From Chloroflexi bacterium bin125 (GTDB lineage Bacteria > Chloroflexota > Dehalococcoidia > Bin125), in the NCBI GenBank assembly GCA_002239025.1, contig MPNM01000001.1:257026-321025 (forward strand): DNA of 64,000 nucleotides, read 5' to 3'. A program made the position numbers and the translations under genes. Numbering within the stretch: position 1 is the first letter of the stretch; the number at the start of each line of letters is the position of its first letter. This document shows positions 13,866 to 24,906 of the stretch, piece by piece. A model generated the notes under the pieces. The model saw only the letters and a program-made list of their open reading frames with translations. It was not told where the DNA came from and did no database searches.

Positions 13866-14576
13866 ATGGGTCAGAAAGTTCACCCGACGAGTTTCCGCAT
13901 CGGCACCATCTACGAATGGCGCTCGCAGTGGTACTCGGACAAACAGTACGCCGAGTTGCTGGCCGAGGACCGGCGGATTCGCGATTTCATCAACGACCAC
14001 CTGAGCGAGGCGATGATTTCGAGAATCGACATCGAGCGCAACGCGAACCAGCTCGGCGTCAAGTTGCACACGGCCAAGCCGGGCATCGTGATTGGCCGTG
14101 GCGGACAGAATGTGGAAGAACTGCGGCGAGACCTGGAAACGCTGATCTCACGACCGATCCGCTTGCGTGTGGATGTGTCGGAGATTCGCGTGCCGGAGCT
14201 CGACGCTCAGCTCGTAGCACGCAACGTGGCCGAACAGATGGAGCGCCGGATCGCGTTCCGTCGCGCGATCAAGCAGGCGGTACAACGGACGATGCAGCGC
14301 GGCGCCGAAGGCGCGAAGATCATTATCTCGGGTCGACTGGGCGGCGCGGAGATGTCGCGCAAGGCGCAGGAGATGTCGGGTCGAGTGCCGCTGCACACGC
14401 TGCGCGCGGATATTGACTACGGCTTCGCCGAGGCGAAGACGGTGTTTGGGCGGATTGGCGTGAAGGTGTGGATTTACAAGGGCGAGATTCTGCCCTTTGA
14501 AGCGGAGACTGAGACATCCGGCGGTCCGGCTCAGGCGATTGAGCCCGTGGCGGCCGGCAGGCGGGGAGGCCGCTGA
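13866..14576 (+). CDS. rpsC: 30S ribosomal protein S3
   Basis: 236 aa. Begins '[13 protein letters not shown]', with a KH domain. Confidence 0.95.
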   Translation: MGQKVHPTSFRIGTIYEWRSQWYSDKQYAELLAEDRRIRDFINDHLSEAMISRIDIERNANQLGVKLHTAKPGIVIGRGGQNVEELRRDLETLISRPIRLRVDVSEIRVPELDAQLVARNVAEQMERRIAFRRAIKQAVQRTMQRGAEGAKIIISGRLGGAEMSRKAQEMSGRVPLHTLRADIDYGFAEAKTVFGRIGVKVWIYKGEILPFEAETETSGGPAQAIEPVAAGRRGGR

Positions 14577-14995
14577 TGCTGCAGCCGAGACGAGTCAAGT
14601 GGCGAAAGCATCACCGAGGCCGACGCCGCGGAATGGCCCAGTCGGGCAGCTCCGTCGCGTTTGGTGAGATTGGGTTGCAATCGCTGGACGCGGCCTGGAT
14701 CGATGGCCGTCAGATTGAGGCCGCACGTCGCGCGATTACTCACTACGTGAAGCGTGGCGGCAAGGTCTGGATTCGTGTCTTCCCCGACAAGTCGGTCACG
14801 CAGAAGCCGGCCGAGACGCGCATGGGTAAGGGCAAAGGCGCTCCCGAGAAGTGGGTCGCCGTGGTCAAGCCCGGTCGTGTGATTTTCGAACTGGCCGGCG
14901 TGCCGGAGGCGGATGCTCGCGAGGCGTTGCGTCGCGCAAGCCACAAGCTGCCGGTGCGGACTCGGGTGGTCGTGCGAGAGGCTGAGGTGGTGTAG
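14576..14995 (+). CDS. rplP: 50S ribosomal protein L16
   Basis: 139 aa. Begins '[15 protein letters not shown]'. One-nt overlap with rpsC. Confidence 0.95.
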   Translation: MLQPRRVKWRKHHRGRRRGMAQSGSSVAFGEIGLQSLDAAWIDGRQIEAARRAITHYVKRGGKVWIRVFPDKSVTQKPAETRMGKGKGAPEKWVAVVKPGRVIFELAGVPEADAREALRRASHKLPVRTRVVVREAEVV

Positions 14996-14997
14996 CC

Positions 14998-15330
14998 ATG
15001 GCCAACGCACTGGCCGAAGAGGCCCGCACGATGACAGACGCCCAGTTGGGCGAAGCGATCAACGAGGCGTACCGCGAGGTGTTCAACCTGCAGTTCCAGA
15101 TTGGAACGCGGCAGTTGCAGAACCCGATGGCGATGCGCGATGCGCGGCGCCAGGTGGCTCGTTTGCGCACGATCCTGCGGGAGCGCCAGTTGGCTGCAGC
15201 GGCGGGCACGCCGCTCGAGCCGACTGCTCGGGTTGCTGATGCCGAAGAGGTCGAAGACGTTGAAGACGAACAGAACACTGCTGAGTCGGCCGGCGAGGCC
15301 GCTGACGACTCGGCGAGCGAGGAAGAGTAG
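14998..15330 (+). CDS. rpmC: 50S ribosomal protein L29 (acidic C-terminal extension)
   Basis: L29 core is followed by an E/D/A-rich tail of about 45 aa. Confidence 0.9.
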   Translation: MANALAEEARTMTDAQLGEAINEAYREVFNLQFQIGTRQLQNPMAMRDARRQVARLRTILRERQLAAAAGTPLEPTARVADAEEVEDVEDEQNTAESAGEAADDSASEEE

Positions 15331-15333
15331 ATC

Positions 15334-15702
15334 ATGGCCCGCAAACGACGTGTGGGATTCGCCGTCGCGGATGCGCGCCACAAGACTGTGGCGGTACGCG
15401 TCGAGCGCACGGTGCGACACCCGCTGTACAAGAAGATCATGCGACGCCGCAAGCGCTACCTCGTGCATGACGAGCTGAACGATTGCAAGAACGGCGACCG
15501 CGTCGTGATTGAGGAATGCCGGCCGCTGTCGAAACGCAAGTCGTGGCGCGTGATTGAGATTCTTGAACGCCACGAGGTGGCAGAGATTCAGCCGCAAGAG
15601 ATCGGCGCTCCCTCGTTGGAGGAAGCAGCCAGCACCAGTGACGCAGGCGCGTCTGCTGATAGTGGCGCAGGCGTTGCTGCGGGAAACGAGGATGCGGCGT
15701 GA
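15334..15702 (+). CDS. rpsQ: 30S ribosomal protein S17 (C-terminal extension)
   Basis: S17 core '[19 protein letters not shown]...' followed by a low-complexity tail. Confidence 0.92.
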   Translation: MARKRRVGFAVADARHKTVAVRVERTVRHPLYKKIMRRRKRYLVHDELNDCKNGDRVVIEECRPLSKRKSWRVIEILERHEVAEIQPQEIGAPSLEEAASTSDAGASADSGAGVAAGNEDAA

Positions 15703-16070
15703 TTCAGCAGGAATCTTCGCTCCGCGTCGCCGACAACTCCGGCGCCCGGGTGATCAAGTGCATTCGCGTGCTGGGCGGGACGAAGCGACGCTACGCCTCG
15801 GTGGGCGACACGATTGTGGCGACGGTGAAGCAAGCCGACCCGAATCGTGAAGTTCGCGCCGGGGAGGTTGTACGCGCTGTGATTGTGCGTGTGGCCAAGC
15901 AGTACCGTCGCGTCGACGGTTCGTACATCCGCTTCGACGACAACGCGGCGGTGATTCTTGCCGCTGACGGGCAGAATCCGACGGGCACCCGCATCCTGGG
16001 TCCGGTCGCACGTGAGCTGCGCGAGCGCGATTTCATGCGCATCGTGTCGCTGGCTCCGGAGGTGGTCTAG
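15699..16070 (+). CDS. rplN: 50S ribosomal protein L14
   Basis: 123 aa. Begins '[17 protein letters not shown]'. Confidence 0.95.
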   Translation: MIQQESSLRVADNSGARVIKCIRVLGGTKRRYASVGDTIVATVKQADPNREVRAGEVVRAVIVRVAKQYRRVDGSYIRFDDNAAVILAADGQNPTGTRILGPVARELRERDFMRIVSLAPEVV

Positions 16071-16385
16071 ATGCGTCGAGTGCAACGAGACGACCTCGTC
16101 GAGATCCGCACCGGCAAAGACCGCGGACGACGCGGCCAGGTGCGTCAAGTGTTTCCGAGAAAAGACCGCGTGATTGTGACCGGCGTGAACATGATCAAAC
16201 GCCATATGCGTCCGACTCAGATGGGCGCGCCGGCAGGGATCATCGAGCGCGAGGCCGCGCTGCATGAATCGAATGTCAGCGTGGTCTGCCCGAGTTGTGA
16301 TCGTCCAGCGCGGATTGGATTCCGCGAGCGCGCAGATGGCGCCAAGACGCGAGTCTGCCGCCGCTGCGATGGGGATATCGACTAA
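16071..16385 (+). CDS. rplX: 50S ribosomal protein L24
   Basis: 104 aa, with a KOW motif and Cys-rich C-terminus. Confidence 0.93.
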   Translation: MRRVQRDDLVEIRTGKDRGRRGQVRQVFPRKDRVIVTGVNMIKRHMRPTQMGAPAGIIEREAALHESNVSVVCPSCDRPARIGFRERADGAKTRVCRRCDGDID

Positions 16386-16963
16386 TGACTACGAATGGCG
16401 CCACAGCCTCGAAGCCGCGACTCAAGCAGCGTTTCCAGGACGAGATTTCGCCGCGTCTGTTTGAGGAGTTCAACTACCACAACGTGATGCAGGTGCCGCG
16501 AGTCGTGAAGGTCGTGGTCAACTCCGGTGTCGGCGAGGCGCTGGGTCCAGGTGGCGCGGCGATCCTCGAGAACTGCGTGACCGACATGACCACAATCTGC
16601 GGCCAGAAGCCGGTCGTGAACAAGGCAACCAAGTCAATCGCAAACTTCAAGCTGCGCGAGGGCAACAATGTGGGCGTGTCCTGCACGTTGCGCGGCGCGC
16701 GGATGTGGGAGTTCCTCGACCGCACGATCAACGCGGCGCTGCCTCGTATCCGCGACTTCCAGGGAGTATCGCGCACGGCCTTCGATGGCCGTGGCAACTA
16801 CTCGTTGGGGATTCGCGAACAGATCGTGTATCCCGAGATTGACTACGGCAACGTAGACAAGGTTCGCGGGCTTCAGGTGAACATCATCACCACTGCTCGC
16901 ACCGATGCGGAGGGTCGGCGGCTGCTCGAGCTGCTGGGCTTCCCGTTCGAGCGCAATCAGTGA
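16385..16963 (+). CDS. rplE: 50S ribosomal protein L5
   Basis: 192 aa, canonical L5. Confidence 0.95.
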   Translation: MTTNGATASKPRLKQRFQDEISPRLFEEFNYHNVMQVPRVVKVVVNSGVGEALGPGGAAILENCVTDMTTICGQKPVVNKATKSIANFKLREGNNVGVSCTLRGARMWEFLDRTINAALPRIRDFQGVSRTAFDGRGNYSLGIREQIVYPEIDYGNVDKVRGLQVNIITTARTDAEGRRLLELLGFPFERNQ

Positions 16964-17036
16964 ACGAAACCAGTGAACCCAACCGTGAGAACGAACAACG
17001 AACAGCCAGGAACTGTGCTAGCAGGCAGGATTCGCA

Positions 17037-17441
17037 ATGCCAGTGACTGATCCCGTCGCCGACATGCTGACGCGCATTCGCAACGCCATCCATGCGGGAC
17101 ATCCGCGGGTGGAGATTCCCGCGTCGAACGTGAAGATCTCGATCGCCAACGTGTTGGCGGAAGAGGGCTTTATCCGCTCATATCAGGTACGTGACCGTAC
17201 CGGTCGCGCCGGCCGCGACCTTGATGTCGAACTGCTCTATGACGAGGAAGGAACGTCGGTCGTGACCGGGCTCAAGCGCGTGTCTCGTCCGGGACTGCGC
17301 GTCTATGTGCAGAAGCGCGAGATTCCCAGACCGTACGGTGGGCTGGGCGTGGCGATCATGACTACGCCGCGCGGTGTGATGACCGGCGCACAGGCGCGAC
17401 GCGAAAACGTGGGCGGAGAAGTTCTGTGCTTCGTCTGGTAG
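17037..17441 (+). CDS. rpsH: 30S ribosomal protein S8
   Basis: 134 aa, canonical S8. There is no rpsN between rplE and rpsH (73-bp gap). Confidence 0.95.
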   Translation: MPVTDPVADMLTRIRNAIHAGHPRVEIPASNVKISIANVLAEEGFIRSYQVRDRTGRAGRDLDVELLYDEEGTSVVTGLKRVSRPGLRVYVQKREIPRPYGGLGVAIMTTPRGVMTGAQARRENVGGEVLCFVW

Positions 17442-17484
17442 CGATACAGCAACAGACCAATGCACCCACGATGGGAGGGGCGCG

Positions 17485-18021
17485 ATGAGTCGAGTAGGCC
17501 GTCTGCCCGTGCCGGTTCCGGCCGGGGTAAACGTCGAGATTGAGCCTGGGCGAGTGTCCGTCAAGGGCCCACAGGGCGAATTGAACCAGCACATTCACAA
17601 GGATTTGCACATTGCGCTCGACGATGGTCATGTGGTTGTGACACGGCCCAGCGACCGTCGGGAGCACCGAGCGCAGCACGGACTGGCGCGCGCGCTGATC
17701 CAGAACATGGTCACGGGCGTCTCACAGGGCTGGTCGAAGACACTGGAGATCCAAGGAACCGGGTACCGCGCGGAAATGGACGGCAACACGCTCGTCCTGC
17801 GCGTTGGCTTCTCTCACCTGGTGCGTAAGGACCCGCCTGAGGGGGTTACGTTTGAGGTGAATGGTCAGCTCGTCACCGTTCGCGGTGTGAATAAGCAAGT
17901 TGTCGGCCAGCAGGCCGCTGAGATTCGTGCGGTCCGACCGCCCGAGCCGTACAAGGGCAAGGGCATTCGCTACCAGGGCGAGTGGGTCCGACGCAAGCAG
18001 GGCAAGAGCGCCATCGGCTAG
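17485..18021 (+). CDS. rplF: 50S ribosomal protein L6
   Basis: 178 aa, canonical L6. Confidence 0.95.
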   Translation: MSRVGRLPVPVPAGVNVEIEPGRVSVKGPQGELNQHIHKDLHIALDDGHVVVTRPSDRREHRAQHGLARALIQNMVTGVSQGWSKTLEIQGTGYRAEMDGNTLVLRVGFSHLVRKDPPEGVTFEVNGQLVTVRGVNKQVVGQQAAEIRAVRPPEPYKGKGIRYQGEWVRRKQGKSAIG

Positions 18022-18076
18022 ACCCTGCGTGAGCAGGTCGGCCGTCATCAGCGCATGTTGATGTGGAGAAGATGAG

Positions 18077-18460
18077 ATGACGAATCGCCGCAAGCGGCGC
18101 ACAACCAGAGCCGCACGACAGCGTCGTCACGCCCGCGTGCGCAAGCACGTGCGGGGCACCGCGCAACGCCCGCGTCTCTGTGTATTCCGCTCCGCAAAGC
18201 ACATCTACGGTCAGATCATCGACGACGACGCAGGCGTCACCCTCGCCAGCGCCTCCGATCTAGGCGAAGGCTCGGCCGCCCCAACCGAGGACGATGGTCC
18301 GGGCAAGCGCGCCAACGCTCGCGCGGTGGGTCGTCAATTGGCGCAGGTCGCGCAGGAAGCCGGCGTGTCGACCGTCGTGTTTGACCGAGCCGGCTATCAA
18401 TATCACGGACGCGTTCGCGCATTGGCGGAAGCCGCGCGCGAGGCGGGACTGGTCTTCTAA
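18077..18460 (+). CDS. rplR: 50S ribosomal protein L18
   Basis: 127 aa, canonical L18. Confidence 0.94.
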   Translation: MTNRRKRRTTRAARQRRHARVRKHVRGTAQRPRLCVFRSAKHIYGQIIDDDAGVTLASASDLGEGSAAPTEDDGPGKRANARAVGRQLAQVAQEAGVSTVVFDRAGYQYHGRVRALAEAAREAGLVF

Positions 18461-18474
18461 GGCCTCGGCCAGCG

Positions 18475-19104
18475 TTGGACGGGGAGCAGGAGCAGCATAT
18501 GGTTCAGCAACGAGACGGCGGACGTGGACGCGGACGGCGTCGTGACCGCGACGAACCGCAAGACGACATCATTGAGAAGGTCGTGTCGGTGTCACGCGTG
18601 GCCAAGGTGGTCAAGGGCGGGCGACGCTTCTCCTTCACCTCGGTGGTGGTGGTCGGCGACGGCAACGGGCGAGTCGGTATCGGAATCGGCCGCGCCAATG
18701 AGGTGCCTGACGCGATTCGCAAGGGCTCGACGATCGCGCGCCGCGACATGGTTACCGTGCCGATTCGCAACGGCACGATTCCTCATCCAATCACGGCGCG
18801 CTTTTGCGCCTCGCAGGTGCTGCTCAAGCCGGCCGCGCCCGGTACCGGCGTGATCGCCGGTGGTGGTGTGCGCGCAGTGCTCGAAGCTGTCGGGTTGCGC
18901 AATGTGCTGACCAAGTCGCTGGGCTCGAACAACGTGGTCAACGTGGTTCAGGCGACGAAGCGCGCGCTGGTCCAGCTTCGCGATCCAGTCCAGGTCCGCC
19001 GTGAGCGGCTGCGCCTGGCTGGTCGGCTGCCCGAGGAGCCCGAGGCTGCGCCGCTTCAGGAAGCGCCAGAGGCGGAACTCGCTGCGGCCAGAACTGGTGA
19101 GTAG
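18475..19104 (+). CDS. rpsE: 30S ribosomal protein S5 (N- and C-terminal extensions)
   Basis: Core '[34 protein letters not shown]', with an R/G-rich N-terminus. Confidence 0.94.
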   Translation: MDGEQEQHMVQQRDGGRGRGRRRDRDEPQDDIIEKVVSVSRVAKVVKGGRRFSFTSVVVVGDGNGRVGIGIGRANEVPDAIRKGSTIARRDMVTVPIRNGTIPHPITARFCASQVLLKPAAPGTGVIAGGGVRAVLEAVGLRNVLTKSLGSNNVVNVVQATKRALVQLRDPVQVRRERLRLAGRLPEEPEAAPLQEAPEAELAAARTGE

Positions 19105-19109
19105 CTGAT

Positions 19110-19295
19110 ATGGCGTTGAAGATCACGTACACCAAATCGGCCATCGGATATCGATCCGATCAGGGCCATACGATCCGCTCGCTCGGTCTGCGTAAGCTGG
19201 GCCAGAGCACGGTCAAAGACGACACTCCAGACGTGCGTGGGATGCTGCATAAGGTCTCCCATCTCGTCACCGTGACGGAAATCGAGGACGCGTAA
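19110..19295 (+). CDS. rpmD: 50S ribosomal protein L30
   Basis: 61 aa. Confidence 0.92.
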   Translation: MALKITYTKSAIGYRSDQGHTIRSLGLRKLGQSTVKDDTPDVRGMLHKVSHLVTVTEIEDA

Positions 19296-19786
19296 TGGTC
19301 CTGCGTTTGAATGATCTGAGTCCGGCGCCCGGTTCGCGCCGCAAGCGCAAGCGCGTTGGCCGGGGGAATGCGTCGGGCAAGGGCACGTACTCGGGCCGTG
19401 GCCTTAAGGGCCAACGCTCGCGAGCCGGACGCGACTACAACTCCGTGTTCGAGGGCGGCGCGATGTCGATGATGCGCACACTGCCTCGGCGTAAGGGCTT
19501 CAAGGCGCCCTTCCGTGTGGAAGCACACCCGATCAACGTGGTCGAACTTGGCCGTCGTTTCTCAGACGGTGATACGGTCGATGCAGATGCGCTCGTGGTT
19601 GCAGGCCTGCTGCGTCGCGCGAGCCAGCGATTCAAGGTGTTGGCCGGCGGCGAGATCGCCGTTGCCCTGCATCTGAGCGTGGAACGAATCTCTCCCTCCG
19701 CACAAGCGAAGATCGTTGCCGCGGGCGGCAGCGTTGAGGTCATCAATGCAGAGAACGCAGACAGCAGCGGGGCCGACGAGGCCTAA
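19295..19786 (+). CDS. rplO: 50S ribosomal protein L15
   Basis: 163 aa, canonical L15. Confidence 0.94.
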   Translation: MVLRLNDLSPAPGSRRKRKRVGRGNASGKGTYSGRGLKGQRSRAGRDYNSVFEGGAMSMMRTLPRRKGFKAPFRVEAHPINVVELGRRFSDGDTVDADALVVAGLLRRASQRFKVLAGGEIAVALHLSVERISPSAQAKIVAAGGSVEVINAENADSSGADEA

Positions 19787-21494
19787 GCTGCTGCAGGCGT
19801 TGGTTGACGCCTGGCGACAGCCGGACGTCCGCCAAAAGATCGCCTTCACGCTGGCCATGCTGGTCGTGTTCCGGCTGGTCGCGCACGTTCCCATTCCCGA
19901 CATCAACAAGACCCAGCTCGAAAACGCGCTGGACAATAACCCCGTTCTCGGCTTCCTCAACCTGTTCTCCGGCGGTGGACTCGACAATCTGTCGATCGTC
20001 GCGCTAGGCGTCTACCCGTACATCACTGCGTCGATCGTGATGAACCTGATGCAGCCGATGATCCCGAAGTTGCAGGCCCTGGCCCAGGAGGGCGAGTCGG
20101 GCCGCAACCGGATTCAGCTCTATACATACTGGCTGGCCGTGCCGATGTCGTTGGTGCAGGGCTACGGCCAGTTGCTGTTGCTTGAGAACGCGCGCGCGAT
20201 CACAGGCATCGGATTCGGCGCTGAAGAATGGTTGCCGACGCTGTCGGCACTGATCACGATGACCGCCGGCACGATGTTCCTGATCTGGCTGGGCGAGCTG
20301 ATCACCGAGAAGGGTGTTGGCAACGGCATCTCGCTGATCATCTTCGCGGGCATCGTGGCTAGCTTCCCGACGCTGTTCAACTCGGTCCGACTGTCGGATA
20401 TCGGTTGGTCGGGTATCGCCGTAGTCATCGCGATTGCGATTGTGCTGGTCGCACTGATCGTCTTCTTCCAGGAGGCGCAGCGGAGGATTCCCGTTCAATA
20501 TGCCCGCTCGGTGTTCAGAGGCGGGAGGATGTACCGCCAGAGTGGTCAGTCGTACGTGCCGCTGCGTGTCAATTCTGCGGGGATGATCCCGCTGATCTTT
20601 GCCTTTTCGATCATCATTTTCCCGTCGGTCCTGGCCGGATGGGTGACAGGCGCTGCGGGCGAGGAATCGCAGACGCAGGTCGCCGTCGAGTTGCCGTTCA
20701 CTCGCGATGACACGGAAGAGTCGTTGGCGACGCTGTTGCCCGACCTCAGTGGGTCTGGCGAGTTCGTGGTCAATGAGGGCATCATCGAGTGGAGCAAGGA
20801 AGAGGACTCCTTCCAGGATGTCCTCGACCGGATCAACTCAAACTCCGATTCCAATGTGCTGACTCAGGTCGAGACGACGAGTGATCCGCTTGGTGGCGAG
20901 ACGATCTATGCCTGGCGGATTGACGCAAATGAGATTTCCGAGGAACCGATCCGTCTTGCCGACCGCGAGGGCAACTTCATTGCGGTCTCGGAGATCAAGA
21001 CGCACGAAGATCCGGTTGACAATCCATTGACGCCGGACATCGCCGAGGGCCAGACGCTGGGTGAACGGCCGGGATGGATCATCCGCGCGGCCGATTGGGT
21101 GCAGTTGAACCTCTCGCCGGGACGACCGGCGTATTGGGGTCTGTCGTTTGTGCTGGTCGTCGGGTTCACGTTCTTCTACACGTTTGTAACCTTCCAGCAG
21201 CAGAACCTGGCTGAGAATCTGCAGAAGCAGGGCGGATTTATTCCCGGGATCAGACCTGGCCGGCCGACGCAGGACTACATCAATCGGGTGTTGGCTCGGA
21301 TCACCTGGGCGGGAGCGTTGTTCCTCGGCTTTGTCGCGGTGGTCCCGTTCCTGGCGACGGAATTTATTCCAGACTCCACAGCGCTGACCATTTCTTCGAC
21401 GGGTCTGTTGATCGTCGTTGGTGTCGCGCTGGACACGATGCGACAGATCGAGGCGCAACTGCTGATGCGCAATTACGAAGGGTTTATTCGCTAG
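19746..21494 (+). CDS. secY: preprotein translocase subunit SecY (with ~130-aa hydrophilic insertion)
   Basis: Ten TM-type segments and the conserved 'GFIPGIRPGRPT' motif. The start is ambiguous: ATG 19746, CTG 19788 or TTG 19800. An insertion lies at about 20640-21060, between the TM7-like and TM8-like segments. Confidence 0.9.
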   Translation: MQRTQTAAGPTRPKLLQALVDAWRQPDVRQKIAFTLAMLVVFRLVAHVPIPDINKTQLENALDNNPVLGFLNLFSGGGLDNLSIVALGVYPYITASIVMNLMQPMIPKLQALAQEGESGRNRIQLYTYWLAVPMSLVQGYGQLLLLENARAITGIGFGAEEWLPTLSALITMTAGTMFLIWLGELITEKGVGNGISLIIFAGIVASFPTLFNSVRLSDIGWSGIAVVIAIAIVLVALIVFFQEAQRRIPVQYARSVFRGGRMYRQSGQSYVPLRVNSAGMIPLIFAFSIIIFPSVLAGWVTGAAGEESQTQVAVELPFTRDDTEESLATLLPDLSGSGEFVVNEGIIEWSKEEDSFQDVLDRINSNSDSNVLTQVETTSDPLGGETIYAWRIDANEISEEPIRLADREGNFIAVSEIKTHEDPVDNPLTPDIAEGQTLGERPGWIIRAADWVQLNLSPGRPAYWGLSFVLVVGFTFFYTFVTFQQQNLAENLQKQGGFIPGIRPGRPTQDYINRVLARITWAGALFLGFVAVVPFLATEFIPDSTALTISSTGLLIVVGVALDTMRQIEAQLLMRNYEGFIR

Positions 21495-21496
21495 CC

Positions 21497-22162
21497 ATGA
21501 CCGACCAGACCATGTACGTCATCCTGCTCGGACCGCCGGGCGCAGGCAAAGGCACGCAAGCGGTGCAAACTGCCGAGCGCACCGGGCTGCTGCACCTATC
21601 GACCGGCGACATGTTCCGCGAGAACCTTCGCAACGGAACCGACCTCGGCAACCTGGCCAAGACGTACATGGACAAGGGCGAACTGGTTCCCGACGATGTC
21701 ACGATTCGCATGTTGCTGGAGCGCATCGGTCGCGACGACGCGAAGGCGGGCTGCCTGTTCGACGGATTCCCGCGCACGGTCGAGCAGGCGAAGGCTCTGG
21801 ATGTTGCACTCACCGAGCAGGGCGACGAAATCGCCGTAACAGTGTTGATTGATGTCTCGAACGAGGAGATCACGCGTCGTCTTGGTGGTCGGGTGAGCTG
21901 TGCTACGTGTGGCAGCGTCTTCCACGAAATCTTCAACCCGCCGAATGCGGACAGTCCCTGCTGCGACAGCATCAAGATGATTCAGCGTGACGATGATAAG
22001 CCCGACGCGATCGCGAATCGGTTGCAGGTCTATGCAGATCAGACCGAGCCGCTGGTTGAGTACTACACCGAGTCGGGCAAGCTGTCGACGGTCAATGGCG
22101 AGCAGTCGCCTGATGCCGTCGGCGTCGATTTGCTCGCAGCTCTGCAAGCAGTGAGCAGCTAG
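21497..22162 (+). CDS. adk: adenylate kinase
   Basis: P-loop 'GPPGAGKGT' and a Cys-containing LID domain. Confidence 0.94.
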   Translation: MTDQTMYVILLGPPGAGKGTQAVQTAERTGLLHLSTGDMFRENLRNGTDLGNLAKTYMDKGELVPDDVTIRMLLERIGRDDAKAGCLFDGFPRTVEQAKALDVALTEQGDEIAVTVLIDVSNEEITRRLGGRVSCATCGSVFHEIFNPPNADSPCCDSIKMIQRDDDKPDAIANRLQVYADQTEPLVEYYTESGKLSTVNGEQSPDAVGVDLLAALQAVSS

Positions 22163-22173
22163 AGTCGGAACTG

Positions 22174-22950
22174 TTGATGTCCACCTCCCAACGCCCCCGC
22201 CAGGTCATCTTGAAGACCGACGACGAGATCGAGCAGATGCGTCCTGCCGGTCAGATGGTTGGTGAAACGCTGGACGAGCTGACCGAAATGGTGAAGCCGG
22301 GCCGCAAGTTGTCGGAGCTTGACCAATACGTGATTGGCAAATTCAAGCGGCTGGACGTGATTCCGACGTTCCTTGGCTACCAGGGTTTTCCGCACACCAT
22401 CTGCGCCTCGATCAATGATCAGATCGTGCATGGCTTTGCGACTGAGCGGGAGTTGGTGGATGGTGACATCCTCTCAATCGACCTTGGCGCCACAATAAAC
22501 GGCTGGGTCGGTGATTCGGCGAGGACGATAGGTGTGGGGTCGATTTCGTCGGAGGCGCAACGCTTGCTGGATGTGACAGCGGAGTCGCTTCACGCTGGGA
22601 TTGCGACGGCGCAGATCGGCGTGCGTAAAGGCGATATCGCAGCAGCCATACAGGAAGTGATAGAATCAGCAGGTTACGGAGTCGTCCGTGGCTATGTGGG
22701 GCATGGCGTAGGTCGTGACATGCACGAACCGCCGTCGATGCCCAACTACGGTCGCCGAGGCTCCGGGATGGTGATGCGTCGCGGGATGGTTGTCGCTCTC
22801 GAACCGATGGCGACGATTGGCGATCCAACGACTGCAGTGCTAGATGACGGCTGGACCGTCGTCACGGCCGACGGAAGCCTGTCGGCGCACTTTGAACATA
22901 CTGTCGCGCTCCGTGACAACGAGCCGGCGGACATTTTGACTCAGGCCTGA
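22174..22950 (+). CDS. map: type I methionine aminopeptidase
   Basis: 258 aa with the metal-binding D/D/H/E/E pattern. Confidence 0.93.
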   Translation: MMSTSQRPRQVILKTDDEIEQMRPAGQMVGETLDELTEMVKPGRKLSELDQYVIGKFKRLDVIPTFLGYQGFPHTICASINDQIVHGFATERELVDGDILSIDLGATINGWVGDSARTIGVGSISSEAQRLLDVTAESLHAGIATAQIGVRKGDIAAAIQEVIESAGYGVVRGYVGHGVGRDMHEPPSMPNYGRRGSGMVMRRGMVVALEPMATIGDPTTAVLDDGWTVVTADGSLSAHFEHTVALRDNEPADILTQA

Positions 22951-22969
22951 GTACGCAAGCATCGGGGGC

Positions 22970-23257
22970 TTGGTGGCGAGAAATCGGAACACAGGTGGAG
23001 GACGACGACAGCGGCGCACACCGGCGCCGTCGCCGCCGCCGAAGCAGGACAAGATCGAAGTCGAAGGCGTCGTCAAGGAGCTACTGCCCAACGCGACCTT
23101 CCGGGTAGAACTGCCCAACGGCCACGAGGTCCTGGCTCACCTGGCTGGCAAGATGAGACAACACCACATTCGAGTGCTGCGCGGTGACCGCGTACTCGTC
23201 GAGCTTTCCGAATATGACCTGACCCGAGGGCGGGTCGTCTACCGGTTTAAGAGCTAG
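22970..23257 (+). CDS. infA: translation initiation factor IF-1 (basic N-terminal extension)
   Basis: S1-like core '[35 protein letters not shown]'. TTG or GTG start. No rpmJ in the 63-bp gap before rpsM. Confidence 0.9.
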   Translation: MVARNRNTGGGRRQRRTPAPSPPPKQDKIEVEGVVKELLPNATFRVELPNGHEVLAHLAGKMRQHHIRVLRGDRVLVELSEYDLTRGRVVYRFKS

Positions 23258-23320
23258 CCGAGGTCAAGTAATCCAGCACCTCCCGGCAGGATTGCGACCG
23301 GGGGCGAGAGGAACCAGGGC

Positions 23321-23701
23321 ATGGCAAGAATCTCGGGCGTTGACGTTCCCGACAACAAGAAAACGCCGTATGCGTTGCGCTACATCTACGGTATTGGCGC
23401 GACGCGAGCCAAAGAGATCGTGGACAAGGCCAACATCGACCCCGAGCAGCGGATTCGCGAGCTGTCCGACGGCGAACTGGCGCGGATTCGCGAAATCGTT
23501 GATCGCGACTACCTGGTCGAGGGTGACCTCCGACGTGTGGTGCGAGGCAACATCCAGCGCCTGATCGACATCAACTGCTATCGCGGCCAACGGCATCGGC
23601 GCAATCTACCGATGCATGGTCAGCGAACGCGCACCAATGCGCGCACCCGACGCGGCTCGAAGAAGACAGTCGCCGGTCGGCGTCGCGCTGTGAAGCGCTA
23701 A
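23321..23701 (+). CDS. rpsM: 30S ribosomal protein S13
   Basis: 126 aa. Begins '[14 protein letters not shown]'. Confidence 0.95.
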   Translation: MARISGVDVPDNKKTPYALRYIYGIGATRAKEIVDKANIDPEQRIRELSDGELARIREIVDRDYLVEGDLRRVVRGNIQRLIDINCYRGQRHRRNLPMHGQRTRTNARTRRGSKKTVAGRRRAVKR

Positions 23702-23764
23702 CAAACAGCTGTGAAGCGCCAACGGATAGCTGTGAAGCGCTAATTCACGGACGAGGGGAACGGG

Positions 23765-24163
23765 ATGACTACTCAACGACGAGAACGCGGCCGACGCCGA
23801 CGCGAACGCAAGAACGTGCCGCACGGTCGCGCCTACATCCAGTCGACCTACAACAACACGATCATCACAATGACCGATCTGGCGGGTAACACGGTTGCCT
23901 GGGCCTCGGCTGGCAGCACCGCTGCCACACGTGGCTCGCGCAAAGGCACGCCGTTCGCGGCGCAACTGGCTGCGGAAGAAGCTGCACAGAAGGCGATGGG
24001 CCACGGGATGCGGCAGTGCGATGTCTACGTCAAGGGACCGGGTCAGGGTCGTGAATCGGCCGTCCGCGCACTACAAGCACAGGGCCTGACCTTGCTTTCA
24101 ATTCGCGACGTGACGCCTATTCCCCACAACGGCTGCCGACCGCGCAAGCGCCGCCGCGTCTAG
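23765..24163 (+). CDS. rpsK: 30S ribosomal protein S11
   Basis: 132 aa, canonical S11. Confidence 0.95.
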   Translation: MTTQRRERGRRRRERKNVPHGRAYIQSTYNNTIITMTDLAGNTVAWASAGSTAATRGSRKGTPFAAQLAAEEAAQKAMGHGMRQCDVYVKGPGQGRESAVRALQAQGLTLLSIRDVTPIPHNGCRPRKRRRV

Positions 24164-24232
24164 CAGTCCAAACGCTGCAACAACGACACGAGACAGTTTC
24201 CCAACTACCGAAACCGACAGAGAGACCCGCCA

Positions 24233-24859
24233 ATGGCTCGATATACCGGACCAGTCTGCCGCATCTGCCGTCGCGCCGGCGAGAAGCTCATGCTGAAGGG
24301 CGAACGCTGCGTTGGCCCGAAGTGCGCTATCGACCGTCGCAATCAGCCTCCCGGCCAGCGCTCACCGCGACGCCGGAAGGTGTCCGACTACGGCGAGCAG
24401 GTCAAAGAGAAGCAGAAGGTCCGCAAGACCTACGGCGTACTCGAGCGACAGTTCCGGCGCATGTTCGCCGAGGCTAACCGCCGACCGGGCGCGACGGGCG
24501 AGAACCTTCTGCAGATGCTTGAGTTGCGGTTCGACAACGTCGTCTACCGGTTGGGCATCGCCGAGTCTCGAGCCCAGGCGCGCCAACTCGTGCGACACGG
24601 GCACATCACTCTGAACGGCAAGAAGGCCGACATTCCGTCGATCGAAATGCGCATCGGCGACACGATTGGCTGGACGGATCGAGGTCGCAAGAGCAAGTTC
24701 TACGAAATGGCGCGCACCTGGCAGGGTTCTCGCGAGGTGCCTGGCTGGCTGCGGATCGACCCGATCCAGCTGGAAGGCGAATTGACCGCCGCTCCTGCAC
24801 GAGATGACATTGATATGCGAGTCGACGAGAACGCCATCGTCGAGTACTACTCGCGCTAA
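24233..24859 (+). CDS. rpsD: 30S ribosomal protein S4
   Basis: 208 aa. Begins 'MARYTGPVCRICRR', with a zinc-ribbon-like N-terminus. Confidence 0.95.
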   Translation: MARYTGPVCRICRRAGEKLMLKGERCVGPKCAIDRRNQPPGQRSPRRRKVSDYGEQVKEKQKVRKTYGVLERQFRRMFAEANRRPGATGENLLQMLELRFDNVVYRLGIAESRAQARQLVRHGHITLNGKKADIPSIEMRIGDTIGWTDRGRKSKFYEMARTWQGSREVPGWLRIDPIQLEGELTAAPARDDIDMRVDENAIVEYYSR

Positions 24860-24906
24860 ATCCCGGCGAACTGCCAACCCCCAGTCCCAGGGAGGGACAC
24901 AGCAAC

